This document shows, piece by piece, positions 31,152 through 42,468 of a stretch of 64,000 nucleotides of DNA. Location of the stretch: positions 1-64,000 of the forward strand of contig CAVZJV010000005.1 in NCBI GenBank assembly GCA_963775685.1, given 5' to 3'. Both the position numbers and the translations under genes were made by a program. Position 1 is the first letter of the stretch, and each line of letters starts with the position of its first letter. The DNA comes from Candidatus Bathyarchaeota archaeon. Lineage in GTDB: Archaea > Thermoproteota > Bathyarchaeia > Bathyarchaeales > Bathycorpusculaceae. The notes under the pieces were generated by a model. That model was not told the origin of the DNA. It saw only the letters and a list, made by a program, of their open reading frames with translations, and ran no database searches.

Positions 31152-31808
31152 TTTTCTTTCTCCTAATTTTTTAGTGCCACATATTAATGCATATTCGCTT
31201 TATAATGCTTGCTGAGCTATCAAGTACTAAATCTGATTAAATGGGCTATTAATCGAAAAAACCAGTTATCAAAAAGAACAGGTTTACTAAAACAGCCGCC
31301 AGCTCTATTCATTCTGAATCGCTTCTAGCCACAAACTAAAAAGATGCAAAGCCCACACAAAAAAAGCAACCGAAAACAAGAAAGCAGCCAAAAGCATATT
31401 GCAGCGTCTTTGTAAATCCGTATAGCTCCGGCTTAGGGCGTAGCTATTCCTATTTGTTTTTCCCTGTTAGATATTCTCAATACTTTTTTATCAATCATTT
31501 GTAAGATATCTGCCCATTTTTTCTTTGCATTAGAAGCCCAGTTTCTTTTTAATCAAATTGCTTTCGCGCTCATATAATAGGAATTTGTCTCTATTTTATT
31601 CCCAGCTAACTTTGCGCTGTCGCACGCTCTTAGGCTTTGTCCAGCCTTGAACAAATCGCCCTGTTCTTTAATCTAGACACGATAAAAAGTTGTCGTCGGT
31701 GGGTACTTGCAATAGGTTTATATATAAATCGTAATAGACTCGAAGTGTGGCAAGAACATTTTAGATAAGGGTTCTTGTCGCAATAAAACAAAAGGTAGAA
31801 GGAATAAA

Positions 31809-34463
31809 ATGCAAAAACTGAAAAATAAATCATTAGCTATTTTATTTGCAGCAATCTTGACAATTTCGATTGGAGCATCAATTACACTAATACCAACGGT
31901 TAACGCGCACACTCCGCCGTGGATTATTCAGACGTTTGCATACGTTAATGTTGCACCCAATCCGGCAGGTCTTGGCCAAACGGTTAACATTGGAATGTGG
32001 ATCAATAATCCTCCACCAGATGCAAGCCGGAGTTATGGCGATAGATGGGAAAATTTTAAGATAACAGTTACAAATCCAGATGGAACTACTGAAACTTTGG
32101 GTCCATTTACATCTGACGATACAGGAGGCACACATTCTGATTTCGTTCCCGCTCAACTTGGCAACTACAGCTTCTTCTTCAGTTTTCCAGGACAAACCTT
32201 AGCGGGCAACAACCTTGATCCGACATCAGGCGGCACGGCAGCTTACCCCAACATCGGTGACTATTATCTACCAAGCAACGCTTCTACAACACTTACAGTC
32301 CAAGAGACAGCCACTCCAGCTATTCCTCAGAATCCTATTCCGACAAGCTACTGGACTCGTCCAATAGAATCCGTTAACCAATATTGGTATAGCGTTAGCG
32401 GAAACTGGCTAGGACTGGCCGCTTCGACTTTTTCCACCACCGGACAGTATAACGCTTCTGGAAACTATAACCCCTACACTACGGCACCAACAACAGCTCA
32501 TTTGCTATGGACAAGACCCGCAGCACCCGGTGGCTTGATTGGAGGCGAATTTGGTGCAACCCAAACAAGCAATTTCAACGCACCTCAACAGTACCAACCA
32601 AAATTTGCGCCAGTAATTATGAACGGCATATTATACTATGAGCAATATCCCAATGCTCAATCCACTCCAGAAGGATGGGTTGCAGTAAACTTACATACGG
32701 GACAAACGCTTTGGACTATAAATCCCAACGCAGATCTATTATGTGGTCAGCTGCTTGATTATGTAACGCCCAACCAATACGGAGCCCTGACGTACCTGTG
32801 GGGTATTTCTCCCACGACAGCTCATGGAGCAGTAGGAAGCGTAGTGCACCCAAACACCGCACCGAACACAGGCACTACATACACTCTATATGACGCGACC
32901 ACAGGAAACTACGTTCTCAGTATTGTCAACGGCACTGGCATGACGGTTACAGAAGATGAAAATGGAAATCTGATAGGTTACTACGTAAACTCTGTAGCTG
33001 GAAAACGGATGTTGAACATGTGGAACTCAACACAATGCATTGACAAACTTAACCCTGCCACTCCAGGATACTCATATGCTAAACAATCTGAATGGTACTG
33101 GGAACCAATTCAAGATGACGTCATTCCATTTAGTTATGGCTTACAATGGTCAGTACCAGTGGCTATGGATATATCAGGCGTTGCATTGCCGGGGAATCTA
33201 GGTTTAAGCAGTTCCTCTATTGGTGAGAGCGGTGTTATATTGATGACTGCAGCAGCAACTGGCGGAACAGGAAGTTTCCAAATCGGCTATCAAATCGAAG
33301 CAGGCTACGACCTAACTACAGGTGCACAGCTTTGGATAACTAACCGAACCGAAACACCTAACACAAGATTATATACTCTCCCAGCTACAGCAGGAAATTA
33401 TGCTGAAGTCAACTACAATACTGCAGCAGTCAACGGTTATAGCATGAAGACAGGACAACAAGTGTGGGGTCCAATTACATTGCCAAATTCGAATCCATAC
33501 GACAGCCTAGGCGGGTATCAAGCAGTTTCAGCTAACGGCACCTGTTACATGTGGGGCTTTGGAGGAACCATATATGCTATCGACATGGCAACAGGAGACA
33601 TAGCCTGGCACACAACGACAGAGCAAATAAGTGGTCCCTCAGGGTCGGACACTCCTTATGGTACGTGGCCGCTTTGGACCTTTACCGTCGGTTCAGTAGC
33701 TGGAGGAATGCTATTTGTTCCAGAAGGCCATCAGTACAGTCCGCCGATGTTCCGAGGAGCCAGCCAACTAGCTATAAACTTAACTAATGGAGAACTAGTG
33801 TGGAGTATGCTGGGATTTGACGTTACTAGTGGACCAGCAATTGCCGATGGCGTAATGACGGCATTCAATTCTTATGACAACCAAATATATGCATATGGCA
33901 TGGGACCAACCCAAACAACTGTTACTGCACCTAACGTGGGAGTAACAACTGCTACACCTATAACGATAAGCGGCACTGTTATGGACATCTCCGCAGGCGC
34001 AAAGCAAGAAGCAGTAGCTGCAAACTTCCCCAATGGCCTTCCCTGTGTTTCTGACGCAAGCATGACTGACTGGATGGAATATGTCTATATGCAGCAGCAG
34101 TGTCCAGCCAACGTCACAGGTGCACAGGTTACTTTGAATGTCTATGATGCTAATGGCAACTATCGACAAATCGGCACGGCTACAAGTGATTCTTCAGGAA
34201 TGTTCGCTTTGACTTGGACTCCAGATATTTCCGGCGATTATACAGTATATGCTTCATTTGCAGGTTCGCAGTCCTACTACAGTTCTTCTGCTGAAGCAGC
34301 ATTCCACGCCTCCGAACCAGCTCCAACAATAGCACCAACTACAACATCATCATCAAATGCAGCAACTACCGCTGATATATTGATGTATACAATGGGTGCA
34401 GCAGTCGCTATTATCATAGCAATGGCAATAGCAACTGTGTTTATCATAAAGAAACGGCCGTAA
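31809..34463 (+). CDS. Large surface protein with PQQ-like beta-propeller repeats and C-terminal anchor
   Basis: Same architecture. Shares YWTRP, YDNQIY..G.GP and VSDASM motifs with the divergent paralog. Confidence 0.88.
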   Translation: MQKLKNKSLAILFAAILTISIGASITLIPTVNAHTPPWIIQTFAYVNVAPNPAGLGQTVNIGMWINNPPPDASRSYGDRWENFKITVTNPDGTTETLGPFTSDDTGGTHSDFVPAQLGNYSFFFSFPGQTLAGNNLDPTSGGTAAYPNIGDYYLPSNASTTLTVQETATPAIPQNPIPTSYWTRPIESVNQYWYSVSGNWLGLAASTFSTTGQYNASGNYNPYTTAPTTAHLLWTRPAAPGGLIGGEFGATQTSNFNAPQQYQPKFAPVIMNGILYYEQYPNAQSTPEGWVAVNLHTGQTLWTINPNADLLCGQLLDYVTPNQYGALTYLWGISPTTAHGAVGSVVHPNTAPNTGTTYTLYDATTGNYVLSIVNGTGMTVTEDENGNLIGYYVNSVAGKRMLNMWNSTQCIDKLNPATPGYSYAKQSEWYWEPIQDDVIPFSYGLQWSVPVAMDISGVALPGNLGLSSSSIGESGVILMTAAATGGTGSFQIGYQIEAGYDLTTGAQLWITNRTETPNTRLYTLPATAGNYAEVNYNTAAVNGYSMKTGQQVWGPITLPNSNPYDSLGGYQAVSANGTCYMWGFGGTIYAIDMATGDIAWHTTTEQISGPSGSDTPYGTWPLWTFTVGSVAGGMLFVPEGHQYSPPMFRGASQLAINLTNGELVWSMLGFDVTSGPAIADGVMTAFNSYDNQIYAYGMGPTQTTVTAPNVGVTTATPITISGTVMDISAGAKQEAVAANFPNGLPCVSDASMTDWMEYVYMQQQCPANVTGAQVTLNVYDANGNYRQIGTATSDSSGMFALTWTPDISGDYTVYASFAGSQSYYSSSAEAAFHASEPAPTIAPTTTSSSNAATTADILMYTMGAAVAIIIAMAIATVFIIKKRP

Positions 34464-34698
34464 AAAAATCCCAAAAATCCTTTCCCTTTTTTTATTTTTT
34501 GAAGCTATAAGCCGAGGAAGTGTTGAGTTTTGGGAAATTATTTGATTTCCTGGTTAATTTCGGTGGATCTTGTAGGGGAAAGTTTTCTGATTATCAGTTT
34601 TTATGAAAACGCCTGAGCACAATCCTCAAGCAAGTTACTAAATTAAGTAATCACAAAAGCTGGTAATCTTAAAAAAAGGTTGGAAGATTGTTGGTCTT

Positions 34699-35022
34699 TT
34701 ACCATCCCATACAAGGACCGTACCCATATCCATAACCATTGCCATAGTAGCTGCCTTGGTATGGTTGGTAGGGTGCTGGAGCTGGACTATTTGTTGCCGC
34801 TGGTGGGGCAACGTATTGGTTGGTATATGGTTGGTTGGCTCTGAAGCCAAAGCAACTACCTAACCAGCCCCAGAAGCCAGGGTTTGGTGCCGCAGTGTTT
34901 GGGTCTGTGGTCGTGGTAGGGTAGGGTTGGTTTTGGGCTATTTGGGCTGCTGCCAATCCAATTATGGATAGGGTTAATGCCGAGATAGCAAATAGGGCAA
35001 TTATGATTTTTGTTTTTTGCAT
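34699..35022 (-). CDS. Secreted Gly/Tyr/Pro-rich low-complexity protein
   Basis: Signal peptide; GYGYGYGPCMGW tail; GGTGA RBS. Confidence 0.7.
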   Translation of the reverse strand: MQKTKIIIALFAISALTLSIIGLAAAQIAQNQPYPTTTTDPNTAAPNPGFWGWLGSCFGFRANQPYTNQYVAPPAATNSPAPAPYQPYQGSYYGNGYGYGYGPCMGW

Positions 35023-35428
35023 TTGTTTATCACCATATTACAATATGTGCATGGAGGCTTATGGGGGTTGCCTGAAACAAAACTGAAACAGTTAATGAAA
35101 CAGTTTTTTCCATAACATAATTATCAATTTTCCTTCAAAACTACCTATTACCAAAAAATTTTTTCCCACACCATTAATTCTTTTACAATCCCGCATTCTT
35201 ATAGAAGCATCAATTGGCAAATTCCTTTCATTTAAAACATGTTATAGAGAGCTCATAGGAAATGCGTTATGATTTTTTACCATAATGTTTTTAGGTTTTA
35301 GATGTCGAGTATGACTTTAAGTAGGTTAAATCAGTTGAAATCAATTCGAATTGCAATTCTAAATCTTGATAAGATTTCGAAGGATTTGGTGTTGCGTTAA
35401 GATAGTTTGGTTGTTGGGACGGATTTTC

Positions 35429-36357
35429 GTGAGTAAAAATTTGAATGTTTTGGTTACTGGTGGTGCCGGTTTTATAGGTAGTCATTTTATTGACAAGTTA
35501 ATTTATGAAGGTTATGATGTTAGTGTGCTTGATAATTTGTCGATGGGTAAGCTTGAAAATATAGCAGGATCATTTAAAGTCGGGAAAAGTCGAGTTTATG
35601 CGAAGGAGACATACGTGACATTGCGGTCGTAACCGATTGTTTAGACGATGTCGACATAGTTGTTCATTTTGCTGCTCAGACTAGTGTTACTTTTTCAGTT
35701 AACAATCCCGACCTAACTTTTGACATTAATGCGCTCGGTACTCAAAATTTATTGAAGACCTGCGTGAAAAAAAATGTTGGTAAGTTTATTTTTGCTTCTA
35801 CGTGCGCCGTTTATGGTGATCCTGAGTCTTTACCCGTTGATGAGTCTTGCAGAACTAATCCGATTTCGCCTTATGCCGAATCGAAATTGATGGGGGAGCG
35901 CTATTGTTTAGATTTTCACGAGCAAAAACTGTTGCAGTCAGTCGTTTTACGTTTCTTTAATGTTTATGGGTCTAGGCAGGGCTTAAATGACTATAGTGGA
36001 GTTATAACACGATTTATTGACCGTGCAAAAAGAAACGAGCCTCTGATTGTCTATGGCGATGGTCTGCAGACTAGAGATTTTGTTAATGTGGCTGACATTG
36101 TTGACGCCGTATTTGCGTCTATGAATAGTTCCAAGGCTGCTGGTGAAATTGTTCAAATTGGGTCTGGAAAAGCGACTTCGATCAGTGAATTGGCGAAAAC
36201 CGTTTTAGAGTTAGTTGGAGTAGACTCAGGGATTTCTTATTTACCATCTCGGGCTGGTGACATTAAAGAAAGTTATGCGGATATTTCTAAGGCAAAGAGA
36301 GTTTTGGGTTATGAGCCCAAAGTTTCGTTGAGAGAGGGCTTGAAAGATCTGCTTTAA
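35429..36357 (+). CDS. NAD-dependent epimerase/dehydratase (GalE-like SDR), frameshift near 35570-35610
   Basis: VLVTGGAGFIGSH, SPYAESK (YxxxK), LRFFNVYG, QTRDF. Confidence 0.9.
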
Positions 36358-36446
36358 CTTCTGGGTTCTATGCACATAATTAATATGTTGGAAGCAGCCA
36401 TTAACCGTTAATTTAGATATAACGAAAAATTAATCAGGTTAATAGT

Positions 36447-38375
36447 ATGCCGCTGATAGAGCGTCTAGACAAGAAAAAGATGGTTATTTGGGCAGTTGAA
36501 TTCACGCTTGTCATTTGCGTAACTTATTCCTTATTCTACATGGCAAGTTTTTTTGGTTTGTCCTTTTTTGTTTTGACCAACAGAAGCATGGCTGAACACG
36601 TTGTAGGCGGCGGCATCATTTCAGGCTTCTTGGGACACTGCTGTTTGGGCTGGCAGCATTTTCGTTATTTTGGCTTGGCTTTTCTACAATGTTATTTCAA
36701 AAGAAATTGGACCCCACTGGCGGTTGTTTTGGATTGGGGGGTTTTTGGTGTTTATGTGTGGTTTGGTTGTTTGGGTGTGCTTTACTGTTTTAGGTGTGAT
36801 AGCCTTGGCATCTTTAGTTTTAGTTAGTTCGTTACTTTTGAGTCTCTGTTTATTGTTTTCTTTAGACTTTTTCGGAGTTAATCGGAAGAGCCTGACTTTA
36901 AACGCGATGCTTTTTGGGGTGTTAGTCATTTTATTATTCGAGATGGCGAGTTTTGTCTTGTTTAGTGTTCCTGTTTCTTTGGGTTTGGCCGCTGGGGGTT
37001 TAGGTTTTCATTGGAGCGGAGTAGAGTTGGCTTTTGCGAATTTGGGGTATCCCTTTTTGCCCTATGTTTATTTTTTATTTGTTCTATTGGGCTTTGTCGG
37101 TTTGATTTTTCGACTGTTGCCTCGGGCCTGGTTGTGGTTGGATCGTAGAATTAGGGGTCGAGGGTTTGGTCGTTTTAGCGATATGTTTGAATTAGATGAT
37201 GGCGATTTTGGATTTTTAAACGGACGGTTGGTTGTTGTTTTGGCTGTTGTAGGTTCAGCGGTTATTTCTTGTTTATTTGTTTTGTTCACGGTCTTATCCA
37301 GAAACAATCCTACCGGTATGTTGGTTAGTGTGGATTCCCCAATCTATTATAGCTGGATTACTCATATGCAGAGTGTTGATGTTAATTCTGCTTTGTCTTT
37401 TGCTTTCAGGTAACGATAGAGCGCTTTTTTTGGTTCTATGTTATGCCCTATCAGCTTTCATTCCGACAATTACTGTAATTCAGTTTGTCGCAGCATTGCT
37501 AATTGTATTGTTTGGGTTTGTTTCTTTGTTAGTTTTGCGCTTGTTTAGTAAAGATAGAGTGGTTTGGGTTTTTGGTGTTTTGTTGGTTCCTTTTTCATTT
37601 CAAAGCTTAGGCTTGATTTATTCTGGCTATTTTGCAAATATGCTTGCCCTTATTTTGATTTGCGTATATGTGGTATTATTCTTTAGAGTTCTTAGTTGCC
37701 TGGTCAAGTTTAGGCTTCTTTTCTTTGCTAGTTGCATCTGTGCTTGTTTTATTTTCTCATTCTTGGACCTGGTTTATTTTTGCATTTACACTGGGCGTTT
37801 TCTTGTTACTCCAATGGCGACTAGCTGCTCGTGACAGAGGCTTGTGGAGCCGATTTAAAATTCAGGCAATTTTAATCTCTTCATCGATAGGGGTGGGCTT
37901 GCTTAGTGATTTAATGCGTAAATTGATATCTCCTATTTCTTCAGTTACTTCTGTCATTGGAACTGCACAGTCAAGCTTTGGGTTTCCAAATGCCGCCTTC
38001 ATCCTAAGCGGGTTGCGACAGGCGGTTGATTTTACTTTAGGCGGGGTTTTTTCTAATCAACTTTTCGTTTTTCTGTCGATTGTCGGGTTCTTGGTATTGT
38101 TAAAGTTTAAATCTGAGGTCTCTAACTTTTTTGTTGCTTGGATTTTTGTGGTTTGCGTCTCTATTTTATTTGCAGGAGGAGATTTTATTTTTGATAGATT
38201 TTTGTTTTTATTTCCTTGGATAGCTTTGTCTAGTTTGGGGTTGTTTTTTGTTGTTCGTCTTGTTGGAGCTCATTTTGGAGGATGGAGGGGTTGGCAGGTT
38301 TTGGTTTTGACATTGGTTTTCTTGGTTCTTTTGAATGGGAGCCTGAGGTTTATTTTTAACATTAATGTTTGGTAG
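36447..38375 (+). CDS. Polytopic membrane protein, possibly a GT-C-type glycosyltransferase, split over four ORFs
   Basis: Overlapping hydrophobic ORFs at 36447, 36670, 37277 and 37668; VSVDSPIYY loop; lies in the glycosylation locus. Confidence 0.6.
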
Positions 38376-38471
38376 CGTTTTCTTGTTGAACAGTTTGAAA
38401 TATTTATTTTAGATTCATAAACCTTTTAAATTGAATATTATGATATAAGTCGCATTATTGGGGAAGAAATA

Positions 38472-39092
38472 ATGTTAAGTAAATCAAAATTAGGTGTCAT
38501 TTCAATAATTGCTGTACTTATGCTTTCACTATCCGCAAGCTTAGCAACAGCACAATACACAACGCAAAAAACCAGCAATATCGCCCTTTCTTCTGACGGA
38601 ACATGTACAATATGTGAAGCTGATCTGGGTATAACATACGTGGTACAGGGCACAGCAGGAGCTACAGGAACTGTAACTGCTGCAGTCTATAATGGCAATC
38701 CTCAACCTACTGCTGAAGTCCCAAATGGGATCGCATTGACCCATTTCGTTGTTGTCACTTTCGATATGGCTGCAACTGATTTCTCTCAGGCAACAATAAC
38801 TCTAACCTACACTGATTCTGACGTAGCAAACTTAAAAGCGCCTTACTCAGTTTTCAAGTACGTTCCAGAGACACAAAGTTATGTCGAACTGCCATCAACA
38901 GTGGATACTGCTGCTAAGACCATAACCGTTACCCTGACCAGCGTCAATGATCCTTTGTTAGCCATAGGTGGATCCAGTAGTGCAAGTACATCGGAACCCA
39001 TTACGATGTGGACTTGGATAGCTGTGACAGGTGCTGTTGTCATCGCAATCATGATTGTTGCATTCGGAATCACAAGATATCGCCGCAAATAA
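38472..39092 (+). CDS. Secreted, C-terminally anchored surface protein
   Basis: Signal peptide, beta-rich domain, TM + RYRRK. Confidence 0.8.
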   Translation: MLSKSKLGVISIIAVLMLSLSASLATAQYTTQKTSNIALSSDGTCTICEADLGITYVVQGTAGATGTVTAAVYNGNPQPTAEVPNGIALTHFVVVTFDMAATDFSQATITLTYTDSDVANLKAPYSVFKYVPETQSYVELPSTVDTAAKTITVTLTSVNDPLLAIGGSSSASTSEPITMWTWIAVTGAVVIAIMIVAFGITRYRRK

Positions 39093-39120
39093 AGAAATAA
39101 TTCCGCTATCCTTTCAATCT

Positions 39121-39153
39121 GTTCGGACCCCCTCCGAACTGAACCCCCTTTTT
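39121..39153 (+). terminator. Hairpin plus T-tract after the 38472-39092 gene
   Basis: GTTCGGA-CCCCC-TCCGAAC followed by CCCCCTTTTT. Confidence 0.4.
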
Positions 39154-39946
39154 GTTCTTAAAATCTTGCTTTATGTTTTGTTGTTGTAATTTGCACGTAG
39201 CGCCATATTCTTAATTGTCTATTTTGCTTTTTTTAATTTGGGTGAATTAGCTTGTGTTTTCAATTATGAAAATTTTGGAAAAAAAGAGTTTTGGCTGATA
39301 GAGTTGACTAATGTGAGAATTTAGACGGTTTATCGTATTCGGAGTGAACTTCTCAAATACTTTAGCTATAACGCATATCTGTAATACTTAGTGTCAATGT
39401 TTGCCCGAAATCATCAAATCGTTATTTAATTGAATTTAACCAGTTCATATAACACCAAAAGCTTTCTTTTCGATTTCAATCATAACCTTAACATTGTTAT
39501 ATGAAGCTTGGGATTTCTTGAGGCACAGGATTAACATCACTTAAAAGAAAGTATTAATTTAGGTTTTAGTTCTTTGATTCAGGTATTCTGTCATTCTGTG
39601 TTTTTGTTCACTTTTGTGATTTGATTAATGGCGATAGATTAGAGCAAATTTGAATTTGTGATTGTTTAGTTTTGTAATCCTTTATAGGTGAATTATTTGT
39701 TCTTGATCACTTGAAAGCTTTTGAATAATCGTTGGTTTTGTTGTTTTCATTTGTTTTTTGGTTTATTCTTGTTGTTCAGGTTCTGGTGTTTTTAAGCTCG
39801 CCTTAAATTAAAATAAAATTTTATAAACTTCCGTATTCTTTCATTCATAATCAATTAATTTTTGGATATTCCAACAAAATACATCAAAGTTGATGATTCC
39901 TTTTTGTTTATTGTTAAATCATAATGCTTTTAAGTATTTTACGTAA

Positions 39947-40345
39947 ATGTGGTGTCTCATGAGAGAGGACGGAGGGTTAACGATGAAGAGAGGCATCAAC
40001 AGTTTAGTTTCAATAACTAACATTGCTGCAGCCAAGAAAAAAGCCCTCAGACACGGCCTATGGTTTAGAACTCTCAACCGATTAGAACGCGGCATCATGG
40101 ACCTCACCGTAAGATACGTCGACAGCATCAAAAGCAAAAAGTTGGTCAAAGTGTTAACGACCATAATGAAAAAGCTACAGTCTGCCAAGGACAGCGCAAT
40201 AGATAAGATGGTTGGGAATGTGGGCTTGCCCTTAGCCCGAAAAATCAGTAAAATAGCAGTCAATTGGGGGAACCTCGCAGCATCCGCATGGGCTGACGAT
40301 CAAAACTTTGCAATATTCTTATCAGTTAATTTTGCCAAAACATAG
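39947..40345 (+). CDS. Basic hypothetical protein heading the glycosyltransferase operon
   Basis: KKKALRHGLWFRTLNRLERGIMDL..WGN..A.AWA.D. A GGAGG RBS precedes an internal ATG that is the likelier start. Confidence 0.7.
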   Translation: MWCLMREDGGLTMKRGINSLVSITNIAAAKKKALRHGLWFRTLNRLERGIMDLTVRYVDSIKSKKLVKVLTTIMKKLQSAKDSAIDKMVGNVGLPLARKISKIAVNWGNLAASAWADDQNFAIFLSVNFAKT

Positions 40346-40368
40346 ACAGTGTATTAGAGGATTAAGGT

Positions 40369-41340
40369 TTGGTTTTAACCACTAGCCAACCCGATGTGGC
40401 GCTAATTAATTCCGATGTTACTGACTTGCAGGAAACATTAGTAGTTGTGGGAATTCCAGCTTACAACGAAGAAAAAACAATCGCACGAGTAGTTTTAGAA
40501 GCCAAAAAGTATGCCGATATCGTCGTAGTCTGCGATGACGGCTCAGCAGACATGACAAAACAAATTGCCGAACGCATGGGCGCTGACGTTGTTCGTCATG
40601 AACAAAATTCAGGTTATGGCGCTGCAATACAAACTTTGTTTAAGCGTGCAAAAGAACTAAGAGCAAACGTGCTAGTAACACTAGATGGGGATGGACAACA
40701 CGACCCTGAAGAAATCCAGCAATTAATCAAGCCGATCCTAACCGGCAATGCAGAAGTCGTTTTAGGTAGCCGATTCATGAATGAATGCGGCACTGCCGAC
40801 ATGCCATTCTACAGAAAAATAGGCATAAAAGTCGTGACAAAGCTGGCTAATGGCTCTGGAAAAAATAGAGTCACCGATTCTCAAAGCGGATTCCGAGCAT
40901 ATGGAAAGCAAGCCATAGAGAGTCTGTCTATGTCTGAGAATGGAATGAGCGCAAGCGTCGAAATTTTGCGTGCCATAGGAAAATCAGGTTTAAAGATATG
41001 TGAGGTCCCCATATCCTGTAAATACGCCGATAGTGTTGGAGTAGAAACTTCAACTGAAAACCCCGTTACACACGGAGTCGGCCTAATAATGTCTATTGTC
41101 AAACTTGTCGTCGAAGACAAACCCCTAATGCTTCTTGGATTACCTGGAATAGCATCTTTGATTATGGGTGCTTTGCTTGGGGTATGGTTAATGAACCTAT
41201 ACGTCGATTTAGGCAGAATAGTCACAAACGTTGCTTTAGCATCAATAGGTTTTCTAATACTAGGGTGCTTTATGCTATCAACTGCTATAACTTTGTATGG
41301 TCTAAAACGTTTAAGTCAGAGAATAGAAAAGAAGGCGTGA
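40369..41340 (+). CDS. GT2 glycosyltransferase (DPM1-like) with C-terminal TM helices
   Basis: IPAYNEE, DDGS, TLDGDGQH, GSRF, DSQSGFRA. Confidence 0.92.
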   Translation: MVLTTSQPDVALINSDVTDLQETLVVVGIPAYNEEKTIARVVLEAKKYADIVVVCDDGSADMTKQIAERMGADVVRHEQNSGYGAAIQTLFKRAKELRANVLVTLDGDGQHDPEEIQQLIKPILTGNAEVVLGSRFMNECGTADMPFYRKIGIKVVTKLANGSGKNRVTDSQSGFRAYGKQAIESLSMSENGMSASVEILRAIGKSGLKICEVPISCKYADSVGVETSTENPVTHGVGLIMSIVKLVVEDKPLMLLGLPGIASLIMGALLGVWLMNLYVDLGRIVTNVALASIGFLILGCFMLSTAITLYGLKRLSQRIEKKA

Positions 41341-41441
41341 AAAATAAAACTGCTGGCGATCAGTGATTCAATTCAAACCTTGTCAAGGGTAAGACTATTC
41401 AAAGTATATATGAACTAAAGATTGCGGTCTCGGTAGTCGTT

Positions 41442-42377
41442 GTGGTAAAAAACGGTGAGACTACAATAGAGCAATGTCTTAATTCAGTATTGCAACAAGA
41501 ACTAGATTACCCCTTCGAGGTGATTGTTGTTGACGGTGGTTCAACGGATAGCACAACCGACAAAGTCCAGCAATACTCTGTTCGTCTCATAAAAGATAAT
41601 AATGGAACCATTGCACACAGCAGAAATGTTGGTATATACTCAGCGATGGGTGAATACATTGCTTTTACTGACTCTGACTGTGTAGTTGAAAAAAATTGGT
41701 TAAAATCACTCATAAACGAGATACAAAGCAGCCCTAATATAGCAGCTGTCGGTGGCCCAAATTTAGTCGGTGATGCTGATCCACCATTCGGGAAAGTAGT
41801 CGGATATATGCAAGGGACATTTTTTGGTTCAGGCGGATCTCCTCAATCATATACAATGGGGAGTGCGCAATACGTTTATTCTCTGCCAAACTGCAATGCC
41901 ATGTACAAAAAAAGCGTTTTTATCGAAGAAACTTTTGATAGCAGTTTTAACGTTGGTGAGGACTGCGAACTAAATTTCAGGCTTAATCAAAGAGGGTATT
42001 CATTTTTGTATATACCCCATATTATTGTTTGGCATCATCGTTCCAAAAATATTAAAAAATTCTTCGAAAAAATGTACAGTTATGGCTATGCTATGGGTAA
42101 GGTTAGCAAAAAGCATAAAAAGCTAGTTCGTTGGTTTGCACCTCTCCCCTCAATTGCATTGATTGCTTTAATCCTTGGCCTGCTCTTGATAGGTACTTTT
42201 CCGATTATTGCTCTGCCCATATTAGCCTCTCTTTTTGTTTATATGGGCGTTCTTTTTTTTTCTACAGCCCAAGTATTTTCAAAATACAGACACAGTAAGT
42301 CATTGCTAGTAATGTTCCTTTTGCCATTACAGCACTTGGCTTATGCGACGGGTTTCCTAAAAAGTATCTTTGTATGA
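41442..42377 (+). CDS. GT2 glycosyltransferase
   Basis: VDGGSTD, FTDSDC, GEDCELN. Confidence 0.92.
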   Translation: MVKNGETTIEQCLNSVLQQELDYPFEVIVVDGGSTDSTTDKVQQYSVRLIKDNNGTIAHSRNVGIYSAMGEYIAFTDSDCVVEKNWLKSLINEIQSSPNIAAVGGPNLVGDADPPFGKVVGYMQGTFFGSGGSPQSYTMGSAQYVYSLPNCNAMYKKSVFIEETFDSSFNVGEDCELNFRLNQRGYSFLYIPHIIVWHHRSKNIKKFFEKMYSYGYAMGKVSKKHKKLVRWFAPLPSIALIALILGLLLIGTFPIIALPILASLFVYMGVLFFSTAQVFSKYRHSKSLLVMFLLPLQHLAYATGFLKSIFV

Positions 42378-42468
42378 TTTAATGATAAAAATATTGAGCG
42401 AAAAAGCATGAACCTTTCTTATAGTAACTGGGCCTATTTAGCTCTCTTAAAAATGTGAAATAGAAACA

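Noticed and set aside
28957-34474. Antisense ORFs with similar sequences (MLASET..) at 28957 and 33872
   Set aside because: They are shadows of the conserved C-terminal block of the two propeller paralogs.
39150-39940. Long AT-rich intergenic region as an ncRNA or replication origin
   Set aside because: I see no GC-rich structure, ORB-like repeats or adjacent cdc6/orc1. It is probably regulatory DNA.
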